64,000 bases of DNA from Octopus vulgaris. Lineage: Eukaryota. The stretch spans positions 34,720,001 through 34,784,000 of the forward strand of contig OX597833.1 of NCBI GenBank assembly GCA_951406725.2, written 5' to 3'. Under the pieces are notes generated by a model, which was not told the origin of the DNA, made no database searches, and was given only the letters and a program-made list of their open reading frames with translations. A program made the translations under genes and the position numbers. Of the stretch, positions 59,610 through 64,000 are shown piece by piece (position 1 is the first letter of the stretch; every line of letters begins with the position of its first letter).

Positions 59610-61131
59610 TTATTTCTTTCGCTTATTCTGAGATTTTTTTTTTTTTTTTGTAGCTTGTTCTGCAATATAGTATGGTTTCAAAATCAAATGAAATGCATTA
59701 TCACAAGAAATAAAAAGAGATTCAAATTCACTACCAGGAACCAACAAATTTGATAAGAATTGAGGGTTTTTTTGGTCATGGATTTCAAGAAATAAATTGC
59801 AAAGAAATGTTCCAGAAAATATGAAAGAAGGACTTGTTGGATAGAAAGGTTTCTGAAGCAGTTGATTCAAATGTGGGACATAATGCAATGTAACTTGAAA
59901 TTATGTACAACAGGTGTATTAATTTCAGTTTTCCAATCATATGATAGGTTCCCACAGAATTTTATACGATTTTTATTAATTTGATTTTAAAATTTTATTC
60001 CTTGCACCTTCAATAAGTTTACACATACTTTTCTCATTTCCAGCAGAGCTTTGAAGAAATACTTTGTTTCTCTGTTTTATCCTTTGAAATTTTTACCCAG
60101 ATATATATATTGCATAGAACCAAAACTGTCACCATAGCTTTATGAATTTCATGGTTAGCATTCTTCACCCAATACACAATGGTAATAGCAACTATTTTTA
60201 ACTCTTCAGGAAATTCTTTTAAAAACTTCAAGTCTGAACCTAAGGTTAACAATATAATATCAAGAGTGGCTGATAAAATGTCACTCGGTGATGGGAGAGG
60301 CCCAAAGTCTGGAATGGTAAAAACTGGATTAACTTTTTTCTTTTTATAGTTACAACCAACTCTGTCATATTCTTCAATAAATGATTCCTTTCTTGATTCT
60401 TTATCAATATTATCAAAAAGTAAAATACCGTAAATAACTTGTCTGATACAAGTGGAACGCGAGTGGACAGGTGGATAGCTCATATGTTCAATCTGACTCG
60501 TTAGAATGATTCACTGTAAGTGTACTGAATTAAGAAATGATACAGAAAGTCGACATCTTTTTAATCAGTGAATGAACCATTCTGGTAGAATACAGTTGTG
60601 ACAAAAATTCTTGAAACCTGGTGATTTAAAAACTAACTTGTCTGTTTCAAAATATTCTTTCATATCAAAAGAAGATTCTATACTAATATAACTACTAACT
60701 GATTTACTCATTAATGTTTACAATTCTTTCCTCTTTGCAATTTTGAAAAAGTTCAAAATAGCTTCAAGGGAACTTTGATGATGGAGCCAATATTAAAGTG
60801 ATAGGAACTTTTCTCTCAATCAATAATTTTTGGACCAAAATTATTTGGGGCTTTCATTTTATTGCAAAAAAGATATTTATCAAACATACCTTTGGAGCTA
60901 ATACTATCATTTCCACTAAGTTTAAAAAAAAAAAAGTGGCTGTAAACTTTTATTGTTTGGGAAACAAATCAATGAAATTTTTGCTGAAATAAATTTGACA
61001 TTCCAAAAACTTGTACAGAACTTACATCAGTGAATGATATGGCATTGTAATTCACACATTATAAATCCTCCAGTTACATCATAAATGTAAAAATCACTCT
61101 CATTGCTAAGCACTGGACAATTCCATTGGTT
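59610..61131 (-). pseudogene. ASTE1: Asteroid homolog 1 (ASTE1)-like PIN/XPG-family nuclease pseudogene, intronless, 5' part cut off by a LINE
   Basis: Minus-strand peptides NQWNCPVLSNESDFYIYDVTGGF, GND motif, IRQVIYGILL, HLNQLLQKPF...IFSGTFLCNL resemble ASTE1; multiple frameshifts and stops. Confidence 0.75.
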
Positions 61132-64000
61132 AGTAGCAGGAATAAAAGCAACCATTCAGGTTGGACTCCACAATGAGGGGTCTTATCGGAATGCTCTGCT
61201 AAAGAACCTCCCTGTACCTGTACCTCTTGTCGCATTTAAGACCGCGGATTCTGCCACCCATGAAGTCATTGCCATTGGGGTGCCAGAAGACATGGCTGAT
61301 CTTCAGGCTTTTGCTGCCAACTCAGCCAAAGACCTAGGCTGCGTTCCCCCAACGGGTGCTATCCGCCTTGGACGACCTGGCCCAAAACCTAGGCTCATCA
61401 AGTTGTCTTTTACGGACCACACTGAGGCAACCTCTTACCATCTGGCCTCAGTTAAAGCTGGGCGGGAAAATCGGACCACCTTCCGAACACGCCCAGGCTT
61501 ACCGTCCGAAGCTACGTGTAGTGGCTTCCCTGAATAGGAACTCAGCTCTACAGGAAAGCTTCAGTCTTCGGGAAGATGGACAAATCTGGAGATTTGTCAA
61601 GACTGCTGAAACGTGGAAGAGAGATACCAGCTGGTCTGAGTGCTCTCTACCCACAATAACTAAAAAGACTACAGCAACTCAGGGAAACTAAGCCAGAACA
61701 ACCTGCCATCCTCTACACACCATCATAAACTGCGAGCAGGGTACAAATTGTTGTCCTTAAATGCTCGCAGTTTATGCAACAAAATACATTTGTTCAACGC
61801 CTACGTCAGAAGTGTTGACCCTGACTTCATCACTGTCACGGAAACATGGGCGCATTCCTTACTCTGTGATGGGGTTTTCAACATTACGGGGTACAACCTC
61901 TTCCGTAAGGACCGCACTAACCGCCGTGGTGGTGGTGTGATGGTCTACGTTCGTTCAAATTTTTTGGTAATTCCTTGTGCCGATTTGAACGAATCACAAG
62001 AAGAAGTTTTTTTCTGTGACGTGCGTATGACCATGTCAACACTCCTGCTTGGCGTTGTTTATCGTCCCCCAAGTTACCATCGGGACACACAGCTTTGCAA
62101 TGTCCTCCGAGCTGCTGCCAGGAAAACAGCCACTTATGTGTTTATTGCAGGCGATTTCAATCATCCTGAGATCGATTGGGAGACCTTCCATTGGCCACAG
62201 AGTGCAAACGATTTTGTTGAGCTTGTGCTGGACTCAAACTGGTCACAAGTAGTCACCTCTCCAACAAGAGGCGACAACACCTTGGACCTGCTCTTCACCA
62301 CAACTCCTGAAGCAGTTATCAATTGCACTACGGAGGAACCTCTAGGTGACTCTGATCATGCTATGATCATCGCCAATCTGGCTCTTGCGGGCAACAAAAA
62401 CCTGAACCATCTCCAATCTGCTTCCTTCGATTGGAACCTGTACCACACTGAACTACAGCACCCAAACTGGCGTGAATTCTACAACTCTGGAGATGTGAAT
62501 ACTATACTCCAGAGTATCCTGGACTCAATATGGGCAGCATGTGCAGCATCAGTGCCACGTAAACAAAAAAAGAAGAACCGCCCCAAAAGGGCAATTTGGG
62601 AAACTTCAGCGGTCCGACTTGCCAGGAGGGAACGTCAGACTGCTGAACGAGAATACAGGTTGCATAAATCAGACACCAACAGGAAGAAGCGGAATAAATC
62701 CTCCAACCATCTCAAGCAAGTGACAAAAAAAGCAGTGCTTGAATTTGAACAGTGCATAGCAGCCAATCCTGACAGCAAGGTTTTCTGGAAATATGTGCAC
62801 TCAAAGCAGAGACCTCACTCTCCAGTGGGCCCTCTTCGCAACCCTCACACAAACCAGATCACTGACGACCCCAAGGAATGCGCAGAACTCATTGCCGAGT
62901 GCTATGCAAACATATTCACTGTTGAAAGTCAAAATGTACCATCTTCACCATCACTAACAGCAAACTCCATAACAACTATGGAATTTACACCTGCAATGCT
63001 GCGACGTCACCTTCAAAATAAGCGCAACTATGCCTCCCCTGGTCTCGATGGAGTTACATACCTGCTTCTCAAACGTGGCAGGCACTTCCTTTACACCAGC
63101 TTTCTATTTTCTTCCAGTACTGTCTCAACAATGGTGCTACTCCGGAGCAGTGGAAAACTGCCAGTGTCATTCCTCTGTTCAAAAAGGGCGACCGCACATC
63201 ACCTGTCAACTATCGCCCAGTCAGTCTCACTAGCTGTATTGCAAAACTGATGGAATCGTGTGTCAGAGAAACACTCTGGAACTTCTGGAGCTCTCACAGT
63301 CTCATCCGACCCTCACAATATGGATTTGTCCCTAACTCCAGCTGCAGTGACCAGCTTGTCGAGTTCCTTGAGGACATTACTCAGATTACTGACAGTGGCT
63401 CATGGGTGGATGTTGTCTACCTTGACTTTGCTAAGGCTTTCAACTCTGTGCCACACAAAAGGCTTATGGTGAAACTCTCTGCAATGGGTGTGGGGGATGA
63501 CCTTTTTAACTGGTTGAAATCCTTCATCCTCAGCCGAAAGGAGGTAGTCACAGTTCTAGGACAGCACTCTACACCATATGAGATGTCATCGGGTGTACCA
63601 CAGGGATCTGTCCTTGGTCCCCTCTTGTTTGTGGCATACATTAACGACATAGATGCCAATTTAAAGAATGCCACAGTATTGAAATATGCAGACGACATCA
63701 AGCTGTACCTTGAAATCAAGAGGACAGATCCTGATGTCTACAACTCTTTCCTGCAATCAGACCTAGACACAATGCAGCAATGGATCACAGACTGGCAACT
63801 GAAACTGGCTGTGGACAAGTGTACCACCATGCATTTTGGGAGAAAAAACCCTGCGTTCACATACTCCCTCCACAACACTGATATCAAGAAATCCTCTTGT
63901 GAGCGTGACCTAGGCATCACTGTCAGCAGTGATTTGCGTTGGTCAAAGCATATCTCTAAGATTGTCAGGAAGGCCGAGGGTGTCTTGGCATCACTCAGCA
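61132..64000 (+). mobile_element. CR1-clade LINE: truncated ORF1 plus ORF2 (APE endonuclease and RT), runs off the window
   Basis: ORF1 RLGRPGPKPRLIKL...QGN*; EN motifs NARS, VTETW, GDFNHPEIDW, PTRGDNTLDL, GDSDH; one frameshift near 63090; RT NYRPVSLTS, YLDFAKAFNSVPH, GVPQGSVLGPLLF, KYADDIK open to the window end. Confidence 0.95.

Noticed and set aside
61103-61135. Start of ORF 61103..61537 as a real ORF1 start
   Set aside because: The first codons are the antisense strand of the ASTE1-like pseudogene; the LINE is 5'-truncated here.

Overview
AT-rich, repeat-dense animal genomic DNA. The repeat families suggest a coleoid cephalopod, probably Octopus (inference). Bases 4-39796 (+) hold a complete 23-coding-exon HYOU1 gene (GRP170/ORP150, the ER-lumenal large Hsp70). 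I spliced it by hand using GT-AG sites into a 2910-nt CDS (969 aa) with an N-terminal signal peptide and an atypical C-terminal ...HRNDGEL. Introns and the downstream region carry RTE, CR1, Penelope-like and Gypsy retroelement remnants, Mariner and Tc1 fragments, Helitron/Helentron-type non-autonomous elements, piggyBac- and hAT-type MITEs and tRNA-derived SINEs. Near the right end an intronless, disrupted ASTE1 (asteroid)-like pseudogene (-) is cut by a young CR1-type LINE. The most unusual feature lies in HYOU1 intron 17 (31090-31742): a circularly permuted ~344-nt monomer carrying a minimal type I hammerhead-ribozyme motif, followed by an inverted partial copy and bracketed by a 14-bp direct repeat. 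This is a retrozyme/Penelope-pLTR-like element. A pre-miRNA-sized hairpin lies in intron 16.
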